Positions 25,521 through 39,320 of a stretch of DNA of 64,000 bases are shown here, piece after piece. A program made the translations under genes and the position numbers. The DNA is from Octopus vulgaris (lineage: Eukaryota), in contig OX597823.1 in the NCBI GenBank assembly GCA_951406725.2, positions 51,212,001 through 51,276,000 on the forward strand. Direction: 5' to 3'. Position 1 is the stretch's first letter. Each line of letters starts with the position of its first letter. The notes under the pieces were generated by a model. The model was given only the letters and a program-made list of their open reading frames with translations, was not told the origin of the DNA and searched no databases.

Positions 25521-28274
25521 TAATGCCAATACTATTAGCTAGTGATTTAAGTAAACTCGTAAGAAGATATTATTTCCAGTTAGCAGAATTTGTTTAAACT
25601 GGATTATTTTTATGTTGTTTTTGTGTGAAACATCATATACAGGCTCATATATGGACACTACTAGAGTTTTGTAAAGAGCAGCAAGTTATACGCAGTAGTT
25701 GTTTTTCTTCTACACATGAAACCTACTACTTGCCTTGCGGTTTTGGCCGTAATATTTGCCTAATATTTTCGTTGCGGTTTTGGTTATAGTATAATCATGG
25801 CTTTGACATTAAGTAGTAGGTTTCAGCACTACATGGATTCATGTTCGATCTCAATACGTAGCACCTGTTTTCTGTCATACCCTTGACTCGACCAAATCTT
25901 ACGAGTAGAACTTAGTAAACGTATACTGCGTTTCTTTGTTTTGTCTTGAAGATCTATTCGTCACTCCCCAAAACGAGTCAGCTTATAAAAATGTAAAAAT
26001 ATATTTCAGCGTTTCAGTTAAACAATTGAATTCTTAATAGATTCCTACATCATTGGACCGTTGTCATATTTCTGACTACGGTATGTGTGATCGCTGATTT
26101 ACAACATTGTCAATAATTGTAGTTTGTTTTATTCACCTCGGCTAAAGCCACTAGAGAAAGTTTCGCTGTAAATTTATTTTGTTTTTTGTCTCACTCTGAA
26201 GATAGAACTGACAAAAAATCAATATAGATATTCCGTTGAGAGTTGACGTAAGTTTTTCTTGTAGATATGGAGGCGCAATAAGCTAAGAGAATATTGATGT
26301 TAAAATAACGATAAAGTGGTCAAGGTTTATATATGAGATTTGTATTGAAATGTGTTGCGTTATCTCTGGTTAGGTATATTTCTTTCCTATATAATATTAC
26401 AAAATCTGAAATTAATTATTTACACAAGTAAGATACGTAACCTGATCAATGGGGGGCCACAAGACACTATTTTCAGAGTTATTTTGAGGCTTCAATTTGA
26501 GTGACTACTGTTTCTAGTTGGTTATGGAGAGGAGTTTACATGGATAAACTATCAAGTGCGGGATTCATTAACAGTTCATTAAGAGTTTTTATCGACCATA
26601 AATGACTAAATAGATTTTTAAAAAACTCACCACAAATGTGTTATTTTATGTGCCACGAATTGTAGGAATTGAACTACATATTTCTTACTACATTAATGTT
26701 ACCGTTGTACATTTTAAGATCAAGTCCTACTTCTCTCAGCTCCGTGGTTTATGCTCAAATGCGCATTAGTAATTAACTACTACTTATGCAATCTATTGCA
26801 CCTTTTCTAAGAAAAGAATAGAATATTATCGAGTCTTGTGCAAACAAATCGTATTTGTATTTGGTGTGAAAACTACAGAGTAAAATGAATAGTCAATCCT
26901 GGAAAACAGTTTCGATTTCAGATTGAATACACTACCCTTCAAAAATATGTTGTAACTTTCCAATTGTGAGGTCTGGAGGTGTTGATACCTGGTCAAGTAA
27001 TCCCGAGTACTGCACTCTCATAAATGCTCTGCGATTAGTGTATTGTGAACTTATGCTGTAGGTTAAAGTTGTAGTAGAAGTTGACAACTTCATCCACCAT
27101 CGCAACTATAACTTACACTAAATCTTCCACTTAAACTCCATCGTACAGAGGAGTTTATTGTGTAGGAGTTATTACATCGGGGTCAGTTATGCAGATGCCG
27201 ACTTTCGCCACTTTTTGGAGTGCTTAGAAGTAAATCACTTTTAATATTGTAATATAGGTATCCATATGTGGGTGATTAATCCTGTTGACAAACAAGGGTG
27301 AATTAGTTCATTATAAGTGATATGAAAGTGTTGTTAATAGTAACCCATCGCAGATCTAGCCTAACAGGACGTTATCTGGTAGCTGAAATATTTGTTTTGT
27401 GAATGTAAGCGTTTGGGATGATTGTGGATGCGTATAAGAATGTTTTGTTGAACCATTTAATTTCAGAGTAAAATGGAAAATAATTTCATTCTTAATTTTC
27501 TAGTGTTGCCTAAAAAAAGTATATTTTTACAAATGTCAAGACACAGGGTACCGCATTACAATAGAACCCTCTCTAGATAGCTATACTCCAGTGAATCTCC
27601 TTCTAGGACACTTCACTTTCAAGAAACCGAAACTATTTGTATAATTGATTACATGCAAGCTAGACGCAGTTAATTTGCTGTTCAAGTAACTACTAAAGTG
27701 GATAAAGAAATCGATTTTACAACCGGCGGGAGTATAGCGTAAAAGGGTTTTGTTGAATTGTCATGAAGATTTTAATTCCGACCATAGTTATTAGTTACTT
27801 CGAGTCTTCTGTAATAATTTTCGAAAAGCGAAAATACTTGGAAAATAGTCATAAAAAGAAAAAACGGCTACATTTTGCCATAAAAGTTTATTTTAAAGTC
27901 ATCATCATAAACATGTTAAAATTGTTATTATCATACACTGTTTAGGTTTAGTTCCTCAATTGAACATCAGTCACTTCGTAATCATGATCCACATTTTACT
28001 ACACCACAATATAGAAGTACAGATATAATTAGTTGCGCTATGTTATAGCTATCAACGACATTCGTACACATAGATTTTCAACAGCATACTTGATCAAGTT
28101 TTCAGCTGTTTGATATAGATGCTTGATATAACTCGCCGTTACCAGCATTTCTATAACGCGAACCGAGAAACTTTATGTTGACGCTTGCACGAATAAAATA
28201 ATACTCGCAACAGCTCTGCACCCTATTCTTGAGTGGTGGTATCTCTTCATCCCTTTAATATTATCGTGTGAAGG

Positions 28275-28578
28275 TAAAGCGGCGAGCTGGCAGAAACGTT
28301 AGCATGTCGGGCGAAATGCTTAGAGGTATATCGTCTGCCGCTACGTTCTGAGTTCAAATTCCACCGAGGTCGACTTTGCCTTTCATCTTTTCGATGTCGA
28401 TAAATCAAATACCAGTCGCGTACTGGGTCGATCTAATCGACTGGGCCCCTCCCCAAAATTTGTGTCACGACGAATCTCCCTGAGAACTGCATTAAGGTTA
28501 TTCGAGTCTGTGGAGTACTCAGCCACTTGTACGTTAATTTTACGAACACTTGTAATCGTAAGTGACAACGGAATGTTA
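28275..28578 (+). mobile_element. Chimeric SINE: family B head/body (28275-28460) joined to a family C tail type 1
   Basis: GCGGCGAGCTGGCAGAAACGTTAGC...CCCCAAAATT runs directly into TGTGTCACG..GAATCTCCCTGAGAAC...CTCAGCCACTTGTACGTTAATTT. Confidence 0.8.
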
Positions 28579-28649
28579 GCTATCTAGGACGATTTATTTT
28601 TCGAGTACGTAGATTGCATTGAGACGTTTACATACATATAGATATATAT

Positions 28650-28931
28650 GACTATATCAACCAGACTACCGGGAGTTGTTAGAAACCGCTGATCACAATG
28701 CACTTCCATACATTATTTTAGCTTTCGAATGCTGCTGTCCAGCAGGCTTCGCGGGCAGGTCAATATCCAAACTGAATGGAACGCTAGTCCATGGCAACGT
28801 TTTCCATTTAGAGGTGAGAGAACTGGTGCAACATAAATTGACGCGTTTTACTCAGGAACGCAAATGTACCATCCGTCTGAGAACCGAAACCTCGTAAGTG
28901 CAACACCATAACCGCTAAGCCATGCGCTTTC
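28650..28931 (-). mobile_element. SINE family C (older copy) with a tail resembling 55492-55800
   Basis: Minus head GCGCATGGCTTAGCGGTTA; tail GCTAAAATAATG..GAAGTGCATTGTGATCAGCG. Confidence 0.7.
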
Positions 28932-28949
28932 ACAGACATTCACGCGTAC

Positions 28950-29412
28950 ACATACATATACACAAACATACATATATATATATATATATGTGTGTGTGTA
29001 TATACACATGCGTATATATATGTATATATACAAGCATACATATATATGTATGTATATATACAAGCATACTTATATATGTATGTATGTATATATACAAGTA
29101 TACATATATATGTATCAATGTGTATATATAAGTATACATATATATGTATCAATGTGTATATATACATACATACGTACATACATACATACATACATACATA
29201 CATACATACATACATACATGCATGCATATATCTACGCACACATACATATAATTTGACATTTTCTTTTGTTAGTGTATTTACGATTCTATTAATAAAGAAA
29301 CAATTCTTGCTGTAAAGGATTCAGGAAAGAGGAAATTAGAGAGATGTCTCCAATCCACTAAAGGAATATATATATTTCATCTGTTTACCTTCAAGGCTAT
29401 ATATCTGGATAC

Positions 29413-29471
<59 letters not shown>

Positions 29472-29592
29472 ATATATTTATATTTATATATATATGTATG
29501 TATATATATTGATATTTATATATATATGTATGTATATATATTTATATTTATATATGTATGTATATATATATATTTATATATGTACGTATGTA

Positions 29593-29625
<33 letters not shown>

Positions 29626-29670
29626 GTATGAATATATCTATCTATATACATACATACATACATACATACA

Positions 29671-29706
<36 letters not shown>

Positions 29707-29710
29707 TGTA
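28950..29710. repeat. TA/TATG/CATA low-complexity tracts
   Basis: Read directly (two tracts, about 28950-29250 and 29415-29710). Confidence 0.9.
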
Positions 29711-30795
29711 GAAAAAAACTACAAAAATGCAAAAGATAAATGAAGTCTGAAATGTCATCGAAATAGAGAAGAAAAACAATTCCCACCGTAAATTTGATAA
29801 AAGAAAATATAGCTCGGGGTCTGAAAACAAATCGATGCTAAGACGGAAGCGGCTACTAAAAGAACATGAATATTTCACAATTTTCCGTTTGCCTGAAAGC
29901 AGCTATGAACTATATCCAGTAAATGGCAGTTGACCTACTATATTAGTTTTTCAATGTTTTCTTTTCCATCTTCTAACCGTTTTTTTTTTCCTTCTCTCGT
30001 GTTGACTAATATTGTATATGTTCTTCCTATATATAGACTCTAAAAGTGAAACGTTATTATCTTAGACATCTAACTCCATTTACAAGCTCCGTAGCAGCTA
30101 TAGTTTCAATTTATCTACGATTTTCGACATTAAATCGCACTAAACTTACAATAATCGTAACATGGATAAAAACGTAGCGAAATTACTCCCATGGAGATAT
30201 TTTTTTGCCTTTTTGACATACGGATCTGTTTCTAAAGAAGATTGTTAACCCAATGAACTTAATTAAGAGGAGGGAGTGGATAGACTCAAGTCAACGGCTA
30301 CAAATCATACAACGTGCGAGTGACATTAAGGAAAGGAGATAATAAAACGAGAATGCAAGACGATGGGACGTGAATGGAGTGTGAGAAACAAAAGGAGAGA
30401 AAATTCTGTCAATGGGAGTAAAAAATATAAATGAAAGCAAATCAGAGACGGAGAACAGAAAGAAAAACTTAGGGTAAACGATGGTGGTATAAGTTCATGA
30501 TACTAAAGGTTAAGAAAAACACGGAAGATACAACAAAATATGCTTTTAGAAGCGTTATTAACACAGTAGAGAGCCAAAAGGAAGGTCAGAATATAAATTC
30601 ATGAAATGGGTAAAAATGAGGACAGATAACTTTAAAGAAAAGGTAAAGAGTAAATAAAGACTTAGATAGAATATGAGAGAAGAAAAGACAGATGAAATCA
30701 AAAGTATTTGCCAAATATGATAAATAAGACTGTTTAGTATAATCACGCACACTGATTCACATATGCCTACGGACGAGCGAACGTACGTACATACC

Positions 30796-30912
30796 TATGT
30801 ATGTATGTATGTATGTATGTATGTATGTATGTATGTATGTATGTATGTATGTATGTATGTATGTATGTATGTATGTATGTTTGTATGTATGTATGTATGT
30901 ATGTATGTATGT
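30796..30912. repeat. (TATG)n microsatellite
   Basis: Read directly. Confidence 0.95.
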
Positions 30913-31059
30913 ATACGTAGAGCGTTTTGCTAAGAGATTAACGTGCCAGAGACGGTTGAAACAAGTGTTTTCAACAAATTTCTCGAATAAGAGAGCTCAC
31001 AGGTAAATGGCGTATGAGAATAGTTTTCTTGTAGATATTCATTTACGAAAGTAGTACGT

Positions 31060-31231
31060 AGGTGCACGCATGACTGTGGTAAGAAATTTATTTCCCAACC
31101 ATATGGTTCCGGGTTCAGTTCCGCTGTGTGACGCTTTGGGTAAGTGTCTTCTACCATGGCCTCGGGCCGACCAAAGCCTTGTGAGTGCATTTGGTAGACG
31201 GAAACTGAGAAAAAACCCGCCGTGTATATAC

Positions 31232-31305
<74 letters not shown>

Positions 31306-31520
31306 TTGTGTGTGTGTGCGTGTTAGTCCCCCGCCATTGCTTGACAACAAATGTTAATGTGTTTACGTCCTCGAAATTTAGGGGTTGGATAAAAGAAACC
31401 GATTGAATAAGAACCAGACTTAGAATAAAAATGTATGTATTGGGGTCGATCTGTTCGACTAAAAATTCTTCAAGTCAGTATCCCAGCATGGCCGCAATCT
31501 AATGACTGAAGCAAGCAAAA
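31060..31520 (+). mobile_element. SINE family A, full length
   Basis: Head, internal (TG)/(TA) and tail CCCAGCATGGCCGCAATCTAATGACTGAAGC. Confidence 0.9.
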
Positions 31521-32243
31521 AAAAAAAAAAAAGGAAAGGAAAGGAACGGTAAAGGATGTGGCCATTAAACTTAAGGAAAGAATTCTGTATGATTGAGTAT
31601 ATTTTCATTAACGACTGACACAATCAGCTCCAAAATGTTGAAAGAGAATGCAATGAGGCCATAAATGACTTAGGTAGAGGATATACTTCGTCCCTGAAGT
31701 AAGAGTAAAAGCGAGAGACAGATAAGTCTTTGGCGATTGTCTTTGATGATTATTCTGAGGTGCATTGTTTGGGAGTAAAGGAAAGGATATTGTCAAGAAG
31801 AGCCGACAGCTTTACTTGGTTGAAACACGGTGAAATACTTTTGCCTTTATTTGTTTGTAAAGAAAGAGTCATTTTTAGAGGAGGTTTACGTAACGTGCAC
31901 AGGGTGGAGATGGAAGCAAGTGACTTGCAAAGGTGCAGTGGGGCCTTCACTGTCGGATTACTTATTATGGGTCCATCACATTTTAGACATGTCCGATAAT
32001 TTCACCGTCTTGAATTCAGTGTTTTTTCTCCAACAAAATAGTTTTTTTACTATTACTGGTAAGATACTATAGATATATTTTTTCGGTAAACTTTTCTCGT
32101 GATGAGCTTTCTTCAAGGTGAATTGATGGTGGTGAACTAACCTGCAATCTATTTTAAAAAAAGGCGGAGAGATGATTCTGCACATTTGGTAGAACCAAAA
32201 GGATTAGCTTCAGCTTAGGAGGTGGCAGTTCTCACCGGACACA

Positions 32244-32402
32244 TAAGGTTGGTGCAAAGGTAATGGCAGATTTTATGCTCTCTATTAAAAATGAAAAAGC
32301 CCATGATTAACACAATATTTATTCGTTAACATTAATATCCGTTGCTTTCTATAACTTCATTCCATCTGGTAACAAGCTTATAAATGCCACGCTTGCAAAA
32401 CA
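32244..32402 (-). mobile_element. Mariner transposon 3' remnant (TIR plus transposase C-terminus)
   Basis: TAAGGTTGGTGCAAAGGTAATGGCAGATTTT resembles the Hsmar1/MADE1-type TIR; minus strand 32400-32332 translates FCKRGIYKLVTRWNEVIESNGY*, the typical mariner C-terminal motif. Confidence 0.85.
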
Positions 32403-32445
32403 TTATCGAACAGATTTTGTGATATCTATTTAACTTGGAAGATAC

Positions 32446-32880
32446 AGGTCAGGCGTGAGATCATGATAGGGATAGCCCCTTCTTGGAGCCTGTCAGAATT
32501 GTTGGCTGTATTCAAATAGATGTCGTTACACTTTAAATGGAGATCGTCTGAAGGTTTTTGTATTGCTTTCAGTATGGAATAAGAGTGACATCATGATTAT
32601 AAGGTAAGGCGTGAGATCATGATAAGGATAGCCCCTTCCAGGAGCCTGGTCTGTATTAAAATGGATGTTACTACACTTTAAATAGATATCGTCTGAAGGC
32701 TTTTGAATTGTTTTCAGCAAGAAATTGGCATGAGATAATGATAATAAGGTAAGACGAGGTCATGATAAGGACTGCCCATTCTAGGAGCCTGGTCTGAATG
32801 TTAGCTGTATTAAAATGGATGTCGTTACACTTGAAATGGAGATCGTCTGAAGGCTTTTGTCTTGCTTTTAGCAAGGAATA
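32446..32880 (+). repeat. Tandem repeat, about 3 units of 145-155 bp
   Basis: AGGT.AGGCGTGAGATCATGATA.GGATAGCCCCTTC..GGAGCCTG...TACACTTTAAATGGAGATCGTCTGAAGG starts at about 32446, 32602 and 32747. Confidence 0.9.
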
Positions 32881-32959
32881 GTTTAAAAGTATGAAATATG
32901 TTATTGTGCAATCTAGTGATCACGGTCGATTGTAAATAACAGTGTCTTTTATTATTATT

Positions 32960-33437
32960 TTTTACTTGTTCTGTCATAAAACTGTAGCCAAGCTGGAACA
33001 CCGTATTGAAGAATTGTAGTCTAGCGAATCGCCCCCAGTACTTATTATTGTTTTATTTTATAAGACTGGTACTTATTCTATTGGTGCTTTTTGCCTAACC
33101 GCTAGGTTACGGGACGTAAATATACCAACATCGCTTAACAATCGGTGGTGGGGGACAGATATAAAAGACACACATACTCATACAGACACACACTCACATA
33201 CAGGCACACACATACGGGGACACTCACACATACGCACATACGCACACAAACACATACACACGCACCCGTATATATTCGGCGGGCTTCTTTCATTTTCCGT
33301 CTACCAAATCCATTCATGATGCTTTGGTCGGCTCAAGGCATTATCAGTAGATACTTGTTCAAGGTGGCTACGCAGTGGGACTGAAACCGGAACCATGAGG
33401 TTTGGGAAGCAAACATTTTACCACACAGCCATACCTC
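32960..33437 (-). mobile_element. SINE family A, full length
   Basis: Reverse-complement tail, internal (CA)n, head ending TTTACCACACAGCCATA. Confidence 0.85.
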
Positions 33438-33738
33438 TGACTAGTGCACTACGAGATCCAATGCCGAAATGACGTGATCCAATAAACGAAAAAGGATGTT
33501 CACGATGACAGTATCAAGATATTCGAGATAACACAATTTGTTTAGTTTTGGTTCTATTGTTAATCTACTAGAAACTTTTCTCGAAAGTTTAAAGCTGGAA
33601 CATGTCTTGTTATACATACATTTTGTTTCCTACCTTGTCAAGATGCCTGGAAGCTTATAAGAAATTAGGCAACACGTTTTCACTCCTTCATCTATTTAAG
33701 CCACTTTTATTGGAGAGAATTGTAGAAAAAAATTCCCC

Positions 33739-33979
33739 CTAATGCTTTTGAAGTAATTTCTGAAGATTTGGAAGAAAGTCTGTGGGAAAAGCTTCTGTAA
33801 TTCTGTGAGCTTTTAAAATCCAATCTTGTTCTGTTTGTACTGGCACAAAACTAAATTCAGTTTTATTACATGCTTCTAGCAACAAGTGAAAATACTGTTT
33901 TCGGAATTTCGAAATAATCGAAAATATTTCTTTTTCTCTAATGGTTACAGAATGCAGTGGGAAGTGGTCGCTAACTAAG
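33739..33979 (-). CDS. Candidate terminal coding exon of an unknown gene
   Basis: Long polypyrimidine tract plus AG at 33981-33980; 80 open codons (LVSDHFPLH...FLPNLQKLLQKH*); AATAAA at 33711-33706. No homology recognised. Confidence 0.25.
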
Positions 33980-35004
33980 CTAATAAAAAAATAAATAAAT
34001 AAATAAAATAAAAAAGAAAGTAAGAGAAAAAGGCATATTACAAATAAAAGTAGATTGAACGTAATGTCTCTGAAGAACGTTAAACATCAACTTAGTAAGA
34101 AATTGACATTTATAATATCATTAATAAATTTAATCATACCAATCGTTAAAAATATATTTTGTCCTCGAGAGGTTCAATTTGAATTAATGTCTCAGCTGAA
34201 AGTTTTCATGTTAATTACTGGGAATATATACTTTGAGAATATTTTTCTTTTATTTCAGTTATTACAGCAAAGTATAGACTCTACCTCTTTTACTAATGCC
34301 ATTTGCCAAAGTAATTCGAAAAGCTAAATATTCTCCATTAAAACACGAAATGAACTTAAATGTTATTTCATTGGGGACACTTTTAAACGAACGTTGCAGG
34401 ACCCGAATTATATATGTATGTATGTATGTATGCGTGAGCGAGGGGGTGGGTGTGTGTTTGCGCGCACGCGTATGCGGGTGTATGTGTGTACGCTTGTGTA
34501 TATGCATATCTATATGAGAGTATAAACAGGGTTTTTAACTTGGCTCAGGGTCTCGTTTGATCGGCGCTTTAGTCGACTGTAAATGTCAAACTAGAAAGGA
34601 AAAATAGAATGGCTGTAAGTCGCATTAGCAGTACAAATCGTCACTGGTTATATGCCACATATCAGAGAGTCATCTTTGAAACTTCTCAGAAAGAATTTGA
34701 ACCTGCGACAGCAGATCGAAATCTATTCATCTGGATTGTGAGTTTGAGTTTCGGTTGCGAACTGAAAAGAAGCAAAAAAAAAACAACTCGTAAAGATTTG
34801 AGAGTTCAAAACCTGTTTTTATGTTTTTAGACTAGTACGTCATGCAGACATTCCACCTTTGTAGCTAGATATTAGAGCAAAGATTGTATCTGGGAAGATT
34901 AATCACAAGTATGACAGTAACAATAAACACATAGTACTATTTGAACGCACTGCTTCAGTACTATTTTTAGTATGAAGAAAGTAAAAAATATTGGGAAAAA
35001 TATA

Positions 35005-35360
35005 TGGTTTGAAATTGTGGTTCACGAATAGCAAATTTTAGAGGTAGTTGTAAGTTGATTACATAACCTCAGGGTTCAAATGATACTTATTTAATCTACC
35101 CCGAAAGGATGAAAAGCAGAAACGACCCCTGTGATATTTGAACTCAGAACGTACAGACGGACAAAATGCCGCTAAGCATTTGTTTGGTGTGCTAACACTT
35201 TTGCTAGCTCACAGTCTTCAAAATCCCCAAAACACGAAAAGTTGTGTAGCCAATATATTTATTATACAGAAGGCGGCGTGCTTGCAGAAACGTTAGCACG
35301 CCGGGCGAAATCCGTAGCCGTATTTCGTCTGCAATTACGTTCTGAGTTCAAATTCCGCTT
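35005..35360. mobile_element. Divergent SINE family B pair (35005-35215 minus; 35270-35360 plus head)
   Basis: CCGAAAGGATGAAA...TTTGAACTCAGAACG, and AAGGCGGCGTGCTTGCAGAAACGTTAGC...TTCTGAGTTCAAATTCCGC. Confidence 0.8.
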
Positions 35361-35395
35361 TTCTTGCTTTTCCTCACTGATAATCTATATCTGTA

Positions 35396-35460
<65 letters not shown>

Positions 35461-35629
35461 GTCTGTCTGTCTGTCTGTCTATGTATCTATGTCCCTCTCT
35501 CTGCATATATATATACCTAACAGTGAGCAAGGTAGCATTATGCTGGTGCTTCTTTATATTTTCAGTTGATCTATGAATTGAAAAATTGAACTACGAACAC
35601 ATCTAAATACATTTCTGAAATTCTGAAAC

Positions 35630-35777
35630 AGCTTCGCAACCACATGGTTCCGGGTTCCTTCCACAGCGTAGCATCTTGGGCAAGAGTCTCCTACTATAAC
35701 CTCAGGCTGACTAAATCTTTATGAGTGGATTTGGTAGGGGAAAGCTTAATGAATCCTGTTGTGTATATGTATATATC

Positions 35778-35846
<69 letters not shown>

Positions 35847-36080
35847 ATGCGTATATATCTATGTGTGTGACTTTGTGTTGGTTTTTGTTCCTCATTACCG
35901 CTTGACAACTGGTGTTGGTGTATTTACAGCTCCGTAAACTAGCGGTTCAGCAAAAGATACTGCTAGAATAAGTACTAAGTTCAAAAAATAATTCCAGGGG
36001 TTCGGTTTATTTGACTAAAAACCTCTCAATGTGGTGCTCTATCATGTCCGAGTAAAATGACCGAAACAAGTAAAAGAATT
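35630..36080 (+). mobile_element. SINE family A
   Basis: CAACCACATGGTTCCGGGTTC...internal (TA)n...GACCGAAACAAGTAAAAGA. Confidence 0.85.
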
Positions 36081-36087
36081 AAAGGAC

Positions 36088-36492
<405 letters not shown>

Positions 36493-37022
36493 CTATATAT
36501 GCAGAGTCAATATTTATTTTATTATCTATGTGTTTGAATATACGTGAATGCATTTGTTTGTGTGTATCCTAAAGAAGAGATAACGACAAAAAGCTTCATT
36601 CTAACAGCCGTAGCCTTAGTACATCTTCACAATTTCACACACATCTATACAGACATACACGCATCACATGCATTTATCTCGCTTTATACATAGTGGCACA
36701 CGCAAATATAGATATAGATATACATGTGCAATCATGGAAACATGTATTGGTAGGCTTTAATACATTTATGTATGCACACTAAGAGCAGCATTCATCATGT
36801 CCAGGAATGCGTTTATACGTACACATACAGACACGCGCACATACACACACGCATGCGCACACACAGAGATACACACACTAACGTATACCTATCTATCTAT
36901 CTATCTATCTATATATATATAACTATAACTATAACTATATATATATATACACATTTATATGCATAAATGTATTTATATATACACATTTATATACTTACAT
37001 ATATGCATATATATATATACGC

Positions 37023-37053
<31 letters not shown>

Positions 37054-37894
37054 AGTGCATAATATATACATATTATATATGTATATACACCTACATACGT
37101 GAAGAAACACACATACACCCACGCGCGCATACAGATATACAAACGTACAAGTACACACACGCACACGCGCACACACACACACACACACATATACTTGCGT
37201 GTTTCTGTTTGTCTGTCTCTGTTCTCATTTTCATGCTTATAACATATTTTACAAAGACTATTGACATGTTACTGTATTTATTAAAGGGTGAAGATGATAA
37301 ATCGTGTACTGATGAATTAATTGTATGTAAGGTGGACAGAAAAGATAGAGAATTATTTTATACATCATTCATCTGTTGAAACATATATTTCTTAGCATGT
37401 CACTGAAAATGGAGAGCAGTGCCATGGAATATAACATTGGCAGTTTACCCAGTACACATCTGACTGGCATGATAAATGACTTCAATAGAATAATTAAGCA
37501 AAAAAATGGAGCGTTACAAAATACTTCTCAAATATCTTCGCCCGTCCATTTACTGATGAGCGCATGCCATATGTGTTGAATTCCAAGGTGTCGTGTGCAG
37601 CGAGAAATAACATGAGTATTAGCGATGTGTATGCGATTAAAAAACAAGAAGTTTTATGCAAATATTATGCGGCTAAGCCAAAAACAATACAAAATGATAA
37701 TGTTGGAACGTATATTGATGACAAGGAATATCCATAGTTTTTGATGAATTGCTTACCAAGTTCCGTTTCAAATGAGAGATAACATACACTGTTTTAAATG
37801 CAGCGAATAATTGTGATCTGTTTATTAGCTTTCTACCGACAAAGAGAACAAAATAAAGCAACTTCTGATTCTCGTTGCGGAATCTTTTGCCTTT

Positions 37895-38292
37895 ATCTTT
37901 AACTCGTTTCGGTCATTTGACTGCGGCCATGCTGGGGCACCGCTTTGAAGAACTTTTGTTTAGTTGAATTAATTTTTTTTAGTTGAAGGAATTTTTAAAG
38001 TTTGGTACTTATTCTATCGGTCTTTCACGCTGAACCGCTGCGTTATAGGGACGTAAAAATACCAAAAAACGATAGTCGAGCAATGGTTGAGGACATAGAC
38101 ATAAACGCGCGCACACATACACATATACGGCCAGCTTCTTTCAGTTTTCATCTGCCAAATTTATTCACAAGTCATTCGTTCGGCTCGAGACTATAGTTGA
38201 AGACCCTTACTCAAAGTTACACGCAGTGGGACTGAAACCGGAACCATATAGCCTGGAAGCAAACTTCGTACCACACAGCCATGCCTGCGCCT
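37895..38292 (-). mobile_element. SINE family A, full length
   Basis: GTTTCGGTCATTTGACTGCGGCCATGCTGGGGCACCGC ... ACCACACAGCCATGCCTGCGCC. Confidence 0.9.
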
Positions 38293-38898
38293 GGGGAAGA
38301 TTTTCCTTTCCTCTTCTTTTTTTGTTACTGGTTCTTTCAAGTTTCAAATCCTCTCTGATGCAGTAGGCCCAGGATCGGACATATAAATTGGTGCAAATCA
38401 CCACATTCTACACCAGGCAGTGTATTTCGAAGGGTAGTATAACTCAATTTGATCCTTGCATTTTAAATCAGATTTCATTGGAAATTAGCTGCTATTTCTA
38501 GTTGGTCAAAACGTGTAGGAGATGCCTAATTGATTCACGCATAGAAATCTGCAACCATTGGCATTTTCAAGAAGTTCTAAAATATTACAAAATTGCTTCA
38601 GGTAAGGAATGCAAATCTAAAATTAAACTCAATCCTTATCATTAAGGTAAAGTCAATTACATTGTAATTAGAAATAAAATCATTGATTAGGCCAAATCCA
38701 CTGGAATCAGATGACGCAGGTAGATTATAAATTATGAAGAACTAAATATGAACCTAACATGATATAAAAACATACTGAAAGTGGCCGAAAGTCTGCTAGA
38801 TCAGATTATATACCAGATGAAACATTAAGCTCTGCTATTATGAGATAAAGTAAATTATTATTATAATTGTTATTATCATTATTATTGTTATCATTATT

Positions 38899-39320
38899 AA
38901 GGCGGAGAGCTGGCAGAATCGTTACCACACCGGGCGAAATACTTAGCGGTATCCGTCTGTCGCTACGTTGTGAGTTCAAATTCCACCAAGGTCGACTTTA
39001 CCTTTCATCCTTTCGGAGTCGATAAATTAAGTACCAGTGAAATACTGAGGTCGATGTAATCGACTAATCCCCTCCCCCAAAACTGCTGCTCTTGTGGCAA
39101 AATTTGAAATTATTATCATTATTATTATTCAGGCGGCGACTGGCAGGATCGTTAGCATACCGGGCGAAATGTTTAGCGGCATTTTGTCTGCTGCTATGTT
39201 TGTTCTGAGTTGAAATTCTACCGAGGGCGACTTTGCCTTTCATCCTTTCGGAGTCAATAAATTAAGTGCTAGTGAAACACTGGGGTCGATGTAATCGACT
39301 AGTCCCCTCCCACAAAATTT
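38899..39320 (+). mobile_element. Two tandem SINE family B copies (38899-39115, 39131-39320) in (ATT)n
   Basis: Each has AGGCGG.GA.CTGGCAG.ATCGTT, GAGTT.AAATTC and CTTTCATCCTTTCGGAGTC.ATAAATTAAGT. Confidence 0.9.

Noticed and set aside
32446-32880. Possible CRISPR-like array
   Set aside because: Whole units repeat with no unique spacers; eukaryotic context
37498-37737. About 80-codon open frame on the plus strand
   Set aside because: No splice signals or homology; frames of this length are expected by chance in 64 kb
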